Shown here: one piece after another, positions 38,052-48,780 of the stretch
Layout of the letters: every line of letters begins with the position of its first letter
How positions within the stretch are numbered: position 1 is the stretch's first letter
Assembly (NCBI GenBank): GCA_964374105.1
Contig: CAYJXI010000008.1
Span: 2,589 to 66,588 of the forward strand
Origin: an uncultured Planctomycetales bacterium
Lineage (GTDB): Bacteria > Omnitrophota > Gorgyraeia > Zapsychrales > JANLHA01
Direction of reading: 5' to 3'
Length of the DNA: 64,000 bases
Notes under the pieces: generated by a model
The model's database searches: none
Told to the model about the DNA's origin: nothing
What the model saw: the letters and a program-made list of their open reading frames with translations, nothing else
Made by a program: the position numbers and the translations under genes

Positions 38052-39962
38052 GTGCTCAAAGCATTTTTAAAAAACGTAAGAGAAGGACCCACCCAACTAG
38101 TTTTGGGAATAATTATTTTTTTTATTTTTATCCGATTCCTCATTATTCTCTTTGGGTCTTCACACTTTTTTTGTGAATCTGAGCTTTATCGAGGGACGAT
38201 TGCTCGCGAGATATTAACTAATTGGGGATGGCCAATTTGGGCTTACCAGAATGAGGCACATACCGGCGGTTCGCTTATGATGAGCCTCAGCATTATCCCT
38301 TTCTTTGCCGTGTTCCCACAAAATTTAATTACGATCAAAATCATTGCGCTCATTTTTTCCTTATTGACTTTGCAATGCGTTTATTATTTCACCTATCGCT
38401 GCCTGAATAACCCGAAGGCCGCGCTTTTAACTCTTCTCTGGTTTGTTTTTGCTCCTCCTTTGTATCTGATCTATTCAACAGTACTGATGGGCGAACACTA
38501 TGAATCTCAACTTTTCAGCTTCTTATCTTTCATTCTCTTTTATAAAATGACTGATCCTCAGATATCCTCCCAAAAGAGACTTATCTTTACAGCACTTTTC
38601 GGTTTAACCTGCGGTTTTTCTCTGTATTTTAGCTTTACTTTTTTAATAACTTTAATTACCTGCTTGTTGGGCTGGTTCTTTATTGACAGAATTTTCTTCT
38701 TGCGTATGAATTTCGTGGCTTTTATTATCTGTGCGACCATAGGTTTTATTCCGCATCTTCTGTATAATTCTACTCTTAAACTTTATCCTTGGACGATTCA
38801 CGGGCAGTCAATTCTGAATCATATCAATGTCGGTTATTCTACACTGGCAGAACGATTTCATTTTCTTTTGACATTTTATTGGCCGCACGGCCTTTGGTTG
38901 GGAGATCTGGGGAATGTAGAAACATTTCCATTGTTAGGATCACTTTTAGGCATCTTGTTTATTATTGCTTATTTCGTTGTTGGCATTGAAAAGACAAGAA
39001 CCATCACAGCTAACCATCAGTGGGTGGATAATCGGGCGTGGTTTCTTGTGCTTTTTTATCCGATTGTCTTTATCGCATTAAATATATTGACTGATTTTTA
39101 TGATGAATTTTTAAGGTTCCCTCTTGAGGCGTATGCATGGATTGATGATTATACGGAATTCAAATATGTTTTTGTATTATTCCCATTTGTTTTTATCATC
39201 ATTTCCTTTTTTCTAGTTCATATAAATCAAGGGAGCCGAAAGAATCCCTTGATAAAATTTGTTATGCCGATCTTGATTTGCGTTTTCTTCTGGTCAATGT
39301 CCATGTTAGATGTGACAAGATTGACGGCCATAGGCAACTTTGACTTGCATGTTCAAAGGTGGCGTTCAAATTCCTATCATTTGCTGGGGGAGCATGTCTT
39401 CCGTTCTTTTTCGCAAAGCACCTTAGAGCAAAAGAATGAATATATCGAAAAAATAAAGATGCCTTATCGTAAGTTTGCTTATATCGGATTCGGGTATCAG
39501 ATTGCCGATGAAGATGTTAGTCATGAACTGTTAACAGAAGCTCTTAGTTTGGTAAAACAGGAATGTAAAAGGTATTTCATAGTCGGATTAGGGGCCGCTT
39601 GTGCAGAACATATCCTTCAGGAAAAAGCCTCCTTGGAAGATGCCTGCCCATTTGCAAAGGATATCCCAACAGATTTTCACCGAGATTTTATTGAGGGTTT
39701 AGGGGTAGGAATGGGTGCGGATATTCACGGAATCCCTGATATGAATTTACCTGATCAAGACATGCCAGCTTATTATCAGGGGTTTGCCATAGGCAAATTG
39801 CGTCTCTTCCGCTATGATTTGGACAGGATTTTCGAGGAAATGGAAGATATTCCTTTACTATACCGGAATGACTTCTACACGGGGTTAAATAAATATTCGG
39901 ATTACCTTATTGACTTTGAAATTGATCGACAGAAATTAAATGGGTTTCTAACAAGACTTTGA
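38052..39962 (+). CDS. Polytopic membrane protein, possibly GT-C (ArnT/PMT-like) glycosyltransferase; GTG start
   Basis: Multi-TM. First-loop ESELYRGTIAREIL resembles the GT-C DE motif. Weak. Confidence 0.4.
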   Translation: MLKAFLKNVREGPTQLVLGIIIFFIFIRFLIILFGSSHFFCESELYRGTIAREILTNWGWPIWAYQNEAHTGGSLMMSLSIIPFFAVFPQNLITIKIIALIFSLLTLQCVYYFTYRCLNNPKAALLTLLWFVFAPPLYLIYSTVLMGEHYESQLFSFLSFILFYKMTDPQISSQKRLIFTALFGLTCGFSLYFSFTFLITLITCLLGWFFIDRIFFLRMNFVAFIICATIGFIPHLLYNSTLKLYPWTIHGQSILNHINVGYSTLAERFHFLLTFYWPHGLWLGDLGNVETFPLLGSLLGILFIIAYFVVGIEKTRTITANHQWVDNRAWFLVLFYPIVFIALNILTDFYDEFLRFPLEAYAWIDDYTEFKYVFVLFPFVFIIISFFLVHINQGSRKNPLIKFVMPILICVFFWSMSMLDVTRLTAIGNFDLHVQRWRSNSYHLLGEHVFRSFSQSTLEQKNEYIEKIKMPYRKFAYIGFGYQIADEDVSHELLTEALSLVKQECKRYFIVGLGAACAEHILQEKASLEDACPFAKDIPTDFHRDFIEGLGVGMGADIHGIPDMNLPDQDMPAYYQGFAIGKLRLFRYDLDRIFEEMEDIPLLYRNDFYTGLNKYSDYLIDFEIDRQKLNGFLTRL

Positions 39963-41009
39963 GGCGAGTTTATGTTCCTGCAATAAATCTTCATAGGGGA
40001 TCGGTACTTTTTTAGAATTAAGTTTTTCTTTCATAACTTCATTATAGCCTTTATTGGTCGAAGGGATGCACATTTCGTTGTGATCGCTGATGAAGGGGTA
40101 GGTTAACATGCGTTTGCGGATGTCACTGAGTTTCTCTTTCCTGATGTTGCCAAAGCTAATCGGCACAAATGTGCATGGCATGACATCACCATAGGCCGTT
40201 ATATGCAACTTTTCCACACCCGATCTACAGCGCGTTGAGAAATAGGAGGACATTTCGCAGGCTCTCACAGATTTTCCTCGGTAGAACTTCCTGACCAGTT
40301 CCTTGTCTTCCTCATTGAGAAATAAATCGTCTCTTCCTTTCCACATACCGTACAAGGCAGGCAGATTCGTATGAAGCAGCATTTTTCGTTCTCCACAGAA
40401 GTTCCCTAATTTTTCCATGCTCCCATCGCGGATATTTTGTTTTGTTAGGACGGTGCTGATGTAGACTTTAAGTTTTACTTTAAAGCAGCTTTCCAGGGCC
40501 TTTATGGCTTTTTTATATGCGCCTTTTCCGCGAATTTGATCATGTTCCTTTTCATCAAGAGAGTCTAAACTGAGCAAGACCACATCCAGCCCGTTTTTTT
40601 TGAGTTTGCGCGCGAACTCTTCATCGATCATAGACCCATTTGTAGCTAAGCTACTAATCGCTGGTTTTCTATTGATGTAATCGAGGAGTTTAAACAAATC
40701 TTTGTGTAACGTGGGTTCGCCACCGATAATATTGAAATGAAGAGCCCCTTCCGCACAACATCTGTCAACAGTCTCAAATATTTCAGAAAGAGATAGCGCT
40801 GGTTTCTCATGATCCTCAAAATCAGAGGCATAGCAGTGAGAACATTTGTAATTGCAGCGGTATTCAAAAACCAAATCAACTGTCCGGAGGGTGTTTTTTC
40901 TTAAAATACCTTTACAGAAGTAATTCCAAATGACCCGTGGTAGAACAGCAGGTTTATTGAATACGAAGCTCGAATTTTGTATGAGTCGGTCAATAAGTTT
41001 CATGTTCAA
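39948..41009 (-). CDS. Radical SAM protein with SPASM/twitch-like C-terminal Cys cluster
   Basis: CNYKCSHC, IIGGEPTLH, and C-terminal CEMSSYFSTRC...PCTF. Confidence 0.7.
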   Translation of the reverse strand: MNMKLIDRLIQNSSFVFNKPAVLPRVIWNYFCKGILRKNTLRTVDLVFEYRCNYKCSHCYASDFEDHEKPALSLSEIFETVDRCCAEGALHFNIIGGEPTLHKDLFKLLDYINRKPAISSLATNGSMIDEEFARKLKKNGLDVVLLSLDSLDEKEHDQIRGKGAYKKAIKALESCFKVKLKVYISTVLTKQNIRDGSMEKLGNFCGERKMLLHTNLPALYGMWKGRDDLFLNEEDKELVRKFYRGKSVRACEMSSYFSTRCRSGVEKLHITAYGDVMPCTFVPISFGNIRKEKLSDIRKRMLTYPFISDHNEMCIPSTNKGYNEVMKEKLNSKKVPIPYEDLLQEHKLASKSC

Positions 41010-41076
41010 TTATCTCCCAGTTTTCATTATTGTTTGATCGGACAATTTTTTAAAAATTATTCGGAGTCCAAGTAGT

Positions 41077-41832
41077 CTAGTAATATATAAAGACACATAT
41101 TAAAACTAACACGATTACGGAAAAAGCTATTCTAGGATAAACCGCAAAGGGTTTCGGAGATAATGTTAGCATTAACGTTAAATGTCTCCATCCATCTCTA
41201 AAGGTTTTTAAGTGAGGTATCCGTCCAGAGAAGCTCGGGAAAAAATTGATGGGTATTTCCTCGATACTTAATTTCTTTATAGTTGCTTGAATGATCATTT
41301 CTGATGCAAATTCCATGCCTTTACATTGCAAATTAAGTCTTTCAATGGCTTCTTTTTTAAAAGCCCTCATGCCACAATTCACATCCGATATTTTTGAACC
41401 ATAAAATAATCTTAAGACCCATGTCAAGACAGGGGTACCTAAGTAGCGATGTAGCTGTGGCATAGCATTTTTGTGAATTTTTCCGCCGAGACGATTTCCT
41501 ATAACAAGATCTGCGCCATTTCGCAATAAGCTAACAAAATCCTTCAATTCCAAAAAATTATATGTATCGTCCCCATCTCCCATAATAACCATCTGACCAA
41601 CTGCTTCTTTAATCCCTGTCCTTACCGCACTGCCATACCCCTTTTCTTTCTCAAATACAATTCTGGCACCGGCGTCTTTAGCTCGTTGCCGCGATTGATC
41701 TGTTGATCCATTATCAACAACAACAACCTCTCCCGAGAGGCCTTCTTGTTTCAAGGCTGCAAAGGCCTTTTTCACACAAAGACCAATGGTTTTCTCTTCA
41801 TTCAAACAGGGAATAACGACACTTATGTCCAT
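41077..41832 (-). CDS. GT2 polyprenyl-phosphate sugar synthase (GtrB/ArnC/DPM1-like) with C-terminal TM anchor
   Basis: MDISVVIPCLNEEKTI...VVVVDNGSTDQS...MGDGDD and a C-terminal hydrophobic helix. Confidence 0.7.
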   Translation of the reverse strand: MDISVVIPCLNEEKTIGLCVKKAFAALKQEGLSGEVVVVDNGSTDQSRQRAKDAGARIVFEKEKGYGSAVRTGIKEAVGQMVIMGDGDDTYNFLELKDFVSLLRNGADLVIGNRLGGKIHKNAMPQLHRYLGTPVLTWVLRLFYGSKISDVNCGMRAFKKEAIERLNLQCKGMEFASEMIIQATIKKLSIEEIPINFFPSFSGRIPHLKTFRDGWRHLTLMLTLSPKPFAVYPRIAFSVIVLVLICVFIYY

Positions 41833-43259
41833 TTAAAATTTCTTTTTGTAGTCGCCATCCAGCCTAAAAATCGGCACATTTTAAGGACTTGACGTAAAGG
41901 GTACTCTTTGATGATATTGTTCAAAATATAGGATGGGCGGTAATAGAATTTTCTAAAGGCTTTTTCACGAAAATACACAACTTCTTGAGAGGAAAGGGTC
42001 CCGTTATTGACAATCGAATATCCCCCAAAATCGTATTGTGACCACCGGTCGGCCTCAATCCACCTGTTCTCACGGGCCATTTCTCCAAACTCGGTTTTAG
42101 GGTAAGGAACGGCACAGTAGCTTTGGATAAAATCTAATTTAAGTTCAAGCATGAAATCAATGGTTTGATTGGCCGTTTCCTTTGTTTCTCCCGGCAATCC
42201 AAAAATAAAATGCCCCATTGTTTTAATGCCGGCTTTTTTAACTAATTTGACACAACGTCTCACATCATCCAGGGTCTGCTCCTTCTTTGAATTATCTAAA
42301 ATTTTCTGATTCCCACTTTCTATCCCTAACCCTAACAAATAACAGCCGGCTTCTTTCATTTTTATAATAAGATCATATTCTACAAGATCTACACGTGTTG
42401 TAGCCGCCCATTTGATGTTTAAATTATGATCAATAATGGCATTGCATATTTCAAAGGCGAACTCCTTATCTATTGTGAAAACTTCATCCCAGAATAAGAA
42501 TTCTTTTATACCGTATTGGAACTTACACTCTTTAATTTCGTTAATTATATATTCTACGGAATGTTTGCGTGTTTTTTTCCCGGAGTAAGGGGCGACAATA
42601 CAGTATGTGCATGAGTATGGACAACCTCGAGCTAGGTTAATAAGTGTAAATGTATTGCCATTATGGGGAAGCCGGTAGCGGCCATTTTTAAATAAATCAC
42701 GAGCTGGGAAAGGAAGAGTATCCAGATTTTGTTGTAAAGGGCGTTTGGGATTGATTTGGAGTACCTCGTCCTTTCTAACAATAAGACCTTGAATTTGATC
42801 AAAGTTGTTTTTTCCCGCATTTAATGTGGTTAGCAATTCCCTAAAAGTGTCTTCGGGCTCGCCATAAATACAAAAGTCTAAGTAGGGGTGTTGGCGAAGC
42901 GCTTCCTTTTCAAGCAGAGTAAAATAAACTCCAAAAGCGGCTAGTTTGATATCGGGGAATGATTTTTTAACTGATTCAGCAACCGACATATCCATATCAA
43001 TCGATGGGAACCCAGTATTAAACAGAATGAGGTTTGGATTAAATGTTCTGATATCATTCAGTAAATCTTGTAACGTCCAATTTTCAACATTGCCATCAAA
43101 AAAGCGAACCCTACCATACGATTTAGCGATTTGTGTCAGTATACCCAGTGTAATCGGAGGCCAAGCTGTCGCCCATGAGGATGCTTTTTGCATACAACGC
43201 CCTTCACGTATGTACGCACTGTTTTTATCAACGGTTGGATTTAATAGGTATGTTTTCAC
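41823..43259 (-). CDS. B12-binding (class B) radical SAM protein
   Basis: LARGCPYSCTYC motif and N-terminal B12-domain pattern. Confidence 0.75.
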   Translation of the reverse strand: MKTYLLNPTVDKNSAYIREGRCMQKASSWATAWPPITLGILTQIAKSYGRVRFFDGNVENWTLQDLLNDIRTFNPNLILFNTGFPSIDMDMSVAESVKKSFPDIKLAAFGVYFTLLEKEALRQHPYLDFCIYGEPEDTFRELLTTLNAGKNNFDQIQGLIVRKDEVLQINPKRPLQQNLDTLPFPARDLFKNGRYRLPHNGNTFTLINLARGCPYSCTYCIVAPYSGKKTRKHSVEYIINEIKECKFQYGIKEFLFWDEVFTIDKEFAFEICNAIIDHNLNIKWAATTRVDLVEYDLIIKMKEAGCYLLGLGIESGNQKILDNSKKEQTLDDVRRCVKLVKKAGIKTMGHFIFGLPGETKETANQTIDFMLELKLDFIQSYCAVPYPKTEFGEMARENRWIEADRWSQYDFGGYSIVNNGTLSSQEVVYFREKAFRKFYYRPSYILNNIIKEYPLRQVLKMCRFLGWMATTKRNFKWT

Positions 43260-43416
43260 TTTTTAAGATGAGAGTATTATTATGGTAGAAAACTATGGTT
43301 AGTATAACATAATCTAAATTAAATTTAAAATCTAAAATGTTTGGATTAGATTAAAACTTCTACTGATTCACGGCAATTGACACAAGTTAATCTATTAAAG
43401 TAAAAGTAAACTCATT

Positions 43417-44955
43417 TTATTTTAAGCGAAAGATCTGAATAGTGCCAAACCTTTTGAACGATGAAGTTTGCTTAGAAATGTTTTCAGGTAATGGATAGTA
43501 TGGATCCTCCCGATGGAAATAAAATTTAACAGTGTTATGATCTGATAAAGGGAGTTCGATATAATTAAAAGCGAAATGTTCGATTCCTTTGGGATGTTTC
43601 GGTAATGCCTTATAATGATATTTTGCTAACATATATAAAGCATTTAAGTCTGAGGGGTCCATTTCGGAAACAACCTGATAATTATTATTTGATTCTGATT
43701 GCATGTAGCTTATGGCATTCAAGTAATCTTTTGTTGTGCCAAAAGCGTTGTCCTTAACAAAACAAAGATATTTTGAAAATTCTGAAATGGAGGTAATAAA
43801 AAATATAACTGCTAAGCCGTACAAAATCATTTTTTTTATGCCAGTTTTATATTCGTGATGTAGATATTCAACCCCCATGGTTTTAAGAATAGCAATAAGC
43901 GGGATAATTGTATAAAGATACCTTGCATGACAATCTGCCATACGTAGCAGATTTACGGTGATGACTGAGGCTACGCATATCAGAATAAACGAAAGAGCAG
44001 TGGGTTTTTTGAATAAAGTTTTCTTATCATTTTTTAGAAACTTCATGATGGGGTAGACGAATGCGATCAGTCCAAATCCCACTGAAAGTCCTAGTAGCAT
44101 AAATCTAAATATATCTGTCTCATAAAAGTTTTTTCCAAGAAGAAACATATATTCCTCAAAAGGTATGGGTACTGCGAACAAAAATGTCCATAAAAAGGCC
44201 TTCAAGGCATTTTGCGGGTGGTCAAAAAATAAATCGGAACGAATATTCATTAGAATATCCCTAATATCCTGAAAATTGTGTTGAAAAAGATAAAGAATAT
44301 AGGGTGTGTATAACAAAAAACAGATCAGCAGTCCTAGGAGCTGATACTGCAATGAGGGTTTTATCCGGAAGAAAATAAAACAACAAAGCATAGCCAATCC
44401 TAAAGCCAAATGGGCGAGGTCAATTTGTGAAGTCAGCGCAAATAAAGGAAGTAGAAATATCTGGCTTGCGCTTTGAGGTTTCTGCACAGCTCGATACAGG
44501 ACCCAAAAAAATAGGGCTCCAAACAATAGGACATAATTGGGAGCAAATACTTCTCGGCTGAAAATGTTAACATTAAGATTTACAGTCATAAAAAGACAGG
44601 GTAGTACTCCTCCCATAAACAGTAGATTCATTTCTCTTGTCATAAAAAAAACGACTAGAATTGTTAATGAGGAAAGAAGACCTAAGAATATAACGGCAGC
44701 ATAAGGATGATCAGTAAAAAGGTGGGGAATACTCATGAGAAGATAAACAAACCCGCCGGGTGTGCGTACTGTTTTTTTAAGGTAATTAATCTCTATCCCA
44801 GAAATGGGGAAATACTCACCGTTTGAAGTTTGTACCGCCCTTTCATAATCCCTTGGGTTATCAGGGCCTTCCATATTTGAAATGCCGATATTCTGCCAAT
44901 GCATAAACAGTGAAAAAAGAAATATATAAGTCAGGGGATGTTTAAAGAGTTTCAT
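43417..44955 (-). CDS. Polytopic membrane protein, unknown (possible GT-C type)
   Basis: More than 10 TM segments. Confidence 0.4.
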   Translation of the reverse strand: MKLFKHPLTYIFLFSLFMHWQNIGISNMEGPDNPRDYERAVQTSNGEYFPISGIEINYLKKTVRTPGGFVYLLMSIPHLFTDHPYAAVIFLGLLSSLTILVVFFMTREMNLLFMGGVLPCLFMTVNLNVNIFSREVFAPNYVLLFGALFFWVLYRAVQKPQSASQIFLLPLFALTSQIDLAHLALGLAMLCCFIFFRIKPSLQYQLLGLLICFLLYTPYILYLFQHNFQDIRDILMNIRSDLFFDHPQNALKAFLWTFLFAVPIPFEEYMFLLGKNFYETDIFRFMLLGLSVGFGLIAFVYPIMKFLKNDKKTLFKKPTALSFILICVASVITVNLLRMADCHARYLYTIIPLIAILKTMGVEYLHHEYKTGIKKMILYGLAVIFFITSISEFSKYLCFVKDNAFGTTKDYLNAISYMQSESNNNYQVVSEMDPSDLNALYMLAKYHYKALPKHPKGIEHFAFNYIELPLSDHNTVKFYFHREDPYYPLPENISKQTSSFKRFGTIQIFRLK

Positions 44956-44960
44956 AAAAG

Positions 44961-46481
44961 TTATTTTCTTTTAAATAGATAAAAATCATCCTCTATCGCT
45001 AAAGTTTCCCACGCATTGTTATTTAATAACTCAGTAAGCTCTTCCTTGATCTTTTCGTCATTCCAGAAATATTGCCCTGCTCCCATGTACATATTTTTAT
45101 TGTGGATCAAGATATAATCAACAGCATAATAATCATATTGATTATCTAAGAATTCTATGATCTTTTTTCGTGAGGATAAAGGAGGGAGTAAATCTCCTGT
45201 CGCTGCCACGGAAATAAGTGGATCCTTGGGGATCATATTCACCATACGCCAAGCTATTCTGTCGGCCTTATCCATCTGGTAGAACCTTGGGTCATAAATG
45301 TTTGTAATGTTTATAAACCGGTCGTCCGCTATCCTATAAACGTCAGCTCGATGTGGTCCTCCAATGATATTAGGGGCGAAATTCGATAGGAAACAGCCGA
45401 GAAACACCAACAAAGACAATATGGTAGGGCAATGTTTCTTAAAGATATTTATTAATTTTCTATCATGACATCCTTCTTCGGTGGGGTAAGCAGCAGAAAT
45501 CTTTTTAATGAAAAATATCGTTCCAATAAAAATAAAAGGCACAAGGTTAGAAATATAATGAGCTCGTTGAAAAAGAAAATCTTCCGTATTGACTATAAGG
45601 AAGATACTGGGCAATCCCAGCAGTATTTCCGGTGTAAACAAGGGGAAGAGTAAGACCGGCAGAAACAGCTTAAAGAAACATTCGATTTTTATATGAGAGA
45701 AATAAGAGGATAAGGGAAGAGGATTTAGGGATGTAAGGGAACTTGCGATGTCTGAAATCACTGTACAAGATTCACAAATGGGCTCTTTACCAAATTTGTT
45801 GGAAAGGATCACATAGCCCACCAGAAAGAAGATGGAAAGCAAACCCATGAAGAGATATACCCTGCTATCAATTTTGTTGAAATCTCTTCTTTTAATAAAA
45901 AGATATGTTGCGAGCAAGGTCATGTAAGATGGTGTTTCCGTTTTGCATAGCATGACTAAAATTGAGCATACATTAAACTGGTTTTTTTTCCCAACCAGAG
46001 TTGCATAAAAAGTGAATAAGAGAAGGGGAATAGTATAGATTGAGGTGTCTCCATCTAAAAAGTTAAGTGAATTTTTGGGAGCATACAACAGATAGGCAAT
46101 TGCTAATAATACAGCCGCTTGCTTATTTTTAAGGAAGTTCTCTGCGATAACATAAATAGCTATGGCCGCAATAGCTAAACTGGTAGTGACAACGAAAAAA
46201 AGTGTATAAATGTATGGCACACAAAAATAGAAGGCCGAAATAAGGATGACAAATGGTGGAATCTGCAGACGATCGTGCTTATAAAAGTTGAAATAATGAC
46301 TCATATGCCCTTGGGATAAGTTCCAACATAAATGATTGGCGGCAGCCAAATCCTCCCATTCGTAGCTAAAAAAAGCTTTATAGCGTAATACGCTAAGTGT
46401 GAAAAATATGGCTACATAGACAATGATGCAGAAAATAACGCAGATAAATGCCCTGTCAATTTTACAAATTATTTTTTTCAA
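44961..46481 (-). CDS. Polytopic membrane protein with C-terminal soluble domain, unknown
   Basis: N-terminal multi-TM region and a C-terminal about 150-aa hydrophilic domain. Confidence 0.4.
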   Translation of the reverse strand: MKKIICKIDRAFICVIFCIIVYVAIFFTLSVLRYKAFFSYEWEDLAAANHLCWNLSQGHMSHYFNFYKHDRLQIPPFVILISAFYFCVPYIYTLFFVVTTSLAIAAIAIYVIAENFLKNKQAAVLLAIAYLLYAPKNSLNFLDGDTSIYTIPLLLFTFYATLVGKKNQFNVCSILVMLCKTETPSYMTLLATYLFIKRRDFNKIDSRVYLFMGLLSIFFLVGYVILSNKFGKEPICESCTVISDIASSLTSLNPLPLSSYFSHIKIECFFKLFLPVLLFPLFTPEILLGLPSIFLIVNTEDFLFQRAHYISNLVPFIFIGTIFFIKKISAAYPTEEGCHDRKLINIFKKHCPTILSLLVFLGCFLSNFAPNIIGGPHRADVYRIADDRFINITNIYDPRFYQMDKADRIAWRMVNMIPKDPLISVAATGDLLPPLSSRKKIIEFLDNQYDYYAVDYILIHNKNMYMGAGQYFWNDEKIKEELTELLNNNAWETLAIEDDFYLFKRK

Positions 46482-46518
46482 TTATATTTAAGATTAAGAT
46501 AGATCTTTTGGAAAAATA

Positions 46519-47730
46519 TTAATGAAAACAGAAAATGGCTTTCATGAAGACGAGGGTATGTTGGTATATTCTTAAAATATGGTATTTGATTCTGATAACG
46601 AGATCAGGATTCTTATTGGTATATTTGCAACTTCTTGCGCCTCCCCTATCAGAATAAGCAAAGCCGACAAAATAATCAAAATGCCTTAATACCGCTAACG
46701 TCTTAAAGAAATCCCGCCAGCCTTCTCCCGGAAAGCCAACCATGGCATGTGTAGAAATGAAAGTTTTGGGAGATATTTTCTTAATATGTTTAATAACATT
46801 CATCACTTCACGGATATCATAATTTCGATTCATCTCGCTCAGGACTCTGTTAGAACCGCTTTGGATGGGGATGTAGACAGAATTAAGATCAATATTTCTG
46901 AAGGCATCTAGAAGTTCATCTCGGTACCGTAAAATCCAAAAGGGGTTTGTTTCTCCAAGATCAATTTTCCGGTTCCCGAATCTATTCGATATGGTTTTCA
47001 GCAGTCTGGGCAAGTTTAGGCCTATGTCCAGGCCATAAGGTCCGCAGTCATCCGACACGAGGTGGATCGTTTTGGCAAAATCACTGTTATTTTCTATGTC
47101 CTGAATGATGTGTTCCGGATTTCTGGATTTGACTTTTCCGATCGCTTTTTTGATAACACAGAAATTGCAGTTTGACGCGCAGCCGGTATTGATTTGTATA
47201 TCGAATTTGTTTTTGAAGTAAACTTGGTCAAATAGTTTCCGGAAGTATGATTTTTTCCCAAATACTCTTAAGAAGATTTTGCATACGATAAAATTATAGA
47301 ATTTAGAGAAACCGCTGTCCTGAATTTTGTAATAATCCTGAAATTCATCATGCATGCAGTATTCAGTCACATCATCGAACCTCACCTGGTTAAAGAATAT
47401 TGGGTCAAGTTCCTTAAGCTCGTTTATTAGCAAAATGTTTCCTGGGATGCTTGTTATAGCTTGTCCGTTTATTTTATTTAAGCAGCCGATCGAAATCACC
47501 TTAGATTTGTTTCTACTATAGAATTGAAACAGATTAACTGTTGCCATTTCAAATTCTTTCATGAACCCGCAGGTGTTGACGATTACATAATCGGCATGGC
47601 TGAAATTGCTTACAAAAGTATGCCCGTTTCGTTTTAGATAAGAATACACCTTGCTTAAGGTGATTGTATTCGGTTTGCACGCTTTGTTGGAACTGTCTAA
47701 ATAGATTTTAAATTTTGCCATGGGTGTCAT
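46519..47730 (-). CDS. Methylthiotransferase-family radical SAM (MiaB/RimO-like, non-canonical)
   Basis: MTTase N-domain Cys triad (KAC, VIVNTCGF, IGCL). Radical SAM CASNCNFCVIKKAIGKVKSRNPEHIIQDIE matches CxxxCxFCxI...RSR...I..E of MTTases. Confidence 0.55.
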   Translation of the reverse strand: MTPMAKFKIYLDSSNKACKPNTITLSKVYSYLKRNGHTFVSNFSHADYVIVNTCGFMKEFEMATVNLFQFYSRNKSKVISIGCLNKINGQAITSIPGNILLINELKELDPIFFNQVRFDDVTEYCMHDEFQDYYKIQDSGFSKFYNFIVCKIFLRVFGKKSYFRKLFDQVYFKNKFDIQINTGCASNCNFCVIKKAIGKVKSRNPEHIIQDIENNSDFAKTIHLVSDDCGPYGLDIGLNLPRLLKTISNRFGNRKIDLGETNPFWILRYRDELLDAFRNIDLNSVYIPIQSGSNRVLSEMNRNYDIREVMNVIKHIKKISPKTFISTHAMVGFPGEGWRDFFKTLAVLRHFDYFVGFAYSDRGGARSCKYTNKNPDLVIRIKYHILRIYQHTLVFMKAIFCFH

Positions 47731-47742
47731 CTTTATTTCGTA

Positions 47743-48780
47743 TTACAGTGAACTCATTTTGGCATTCACGAATCTTTTTCGTTTGCTTATGAGAATCGGC
47801 TGATATTTGCTTCTCTTATCCAATGAAAATAAAATACCACCTATAAATGACAAGAACATAACAATATGTGTTGTGAGAAAGACAAAGGGGAGGACCCCGA
47901 ATACAACGGGATGCTTTTTAAGATATTTCCATGAAAATCCAATTGCTAAGGAAAGATAGGATATTCCTGCAATACATAATGTAGTATGTAAATGCTGAGG
48001 GAAGAGCAGACCTATTCCTGATAGGATCCCGAAAACGACGATGGCCAGTTTTATAAATGGCATTTTCCCATAGATTTCGTTGAATAAGACAGCGTTAATC
48101 CCTGTGTTAAAACGGGTAATCATTTTCTTTTTCAAATAACCAACAGGAAATGGCTCTACAATATGGTGGACATTTAACTCAGGGATGACGAAGAAAGAAT
48201 ATCCCAAATACGAAGCAATATAAAAAAATTCAATGTCATCGATGTAATAAGAAGAAGTCTCGTTAAACCCTCCCACGGCTTCCCATACGCTTCTTTTGAT
48301 AAGACAGTTGCATAAGGGCATGTTATAAAAATTCACTTTTCTGACGTTTTCGGCATGGGTGTCTTCAAATCCTTCCAGAAAGAAAGAATCATTAGCCGCG
48401 CCTGCTAACTGATAAGGTAATGAGGCTTTTTCATCAAAATGAGAGAGGGGACCGCAAACGCCATCGCACGGATGATCATGTAAACTTTTTATGGCCTGGT
48501 CAACCCAATTACGGGCCACAATAATATCGTCATCGAGAAATGCAACGAGTTCTGCCTGTGTGTGCTTTACACCTCTATTCCTGCGCATGCTTGGATGGAG
48601 AGTGTTTTCTATCAGGTGGGTGATTTTAACATCTGTTGGGGGCAGATCGATTATGTAGTCGTCTGCCATCACCAAGATGATTTCAAATTGGTTATGATCG
48701 TATGTTTGGTGAATTAATTGTTTCAGGCAGTGAGATAATCTCTGCGGTCTTGTGACAGGTATGATGATCCCCAGTTTCAT
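47743..48780 (-). CDS. GT2-family glycosyltransferase with C-terminal TM helices
   Basis: MKLGIIIPVTRPQRLSHCL...VAFLDDDIIV (DxD) and C-terminal hydrophobic segments. Confidence 0.65.
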   Translation of the reverse strand: MKLGIIIPVTRPQRLSHCLKQLIHQTYDHNQFEIILVMADDYIIDLPPTDVKITHLIENTLHPSMRRNRGVKHTQAELVAFLDDDIIVARNWVDQAIKSLHDHPCDGVCGPLSHFDEKASLPYQLAGAANDSFFLEGFEDTHAENVRKVNFYNMPLCNCLIKRSVWEAVGGFNETSSYYIDDIEFFYIASYLGYSFFVIPELNVHHIVEPFPVGYLKKKMITRFNTGINAVLFNEIYGKMPFIKLAIVVFGILSGIGLLFPQHLHTTLCIAGISYLSLAIGFSWKYLKKHPVVFGVLPFVFLTTHIVMFLSFIGGILFSLDKRSKYQPILISKRKRFVNAKMSSL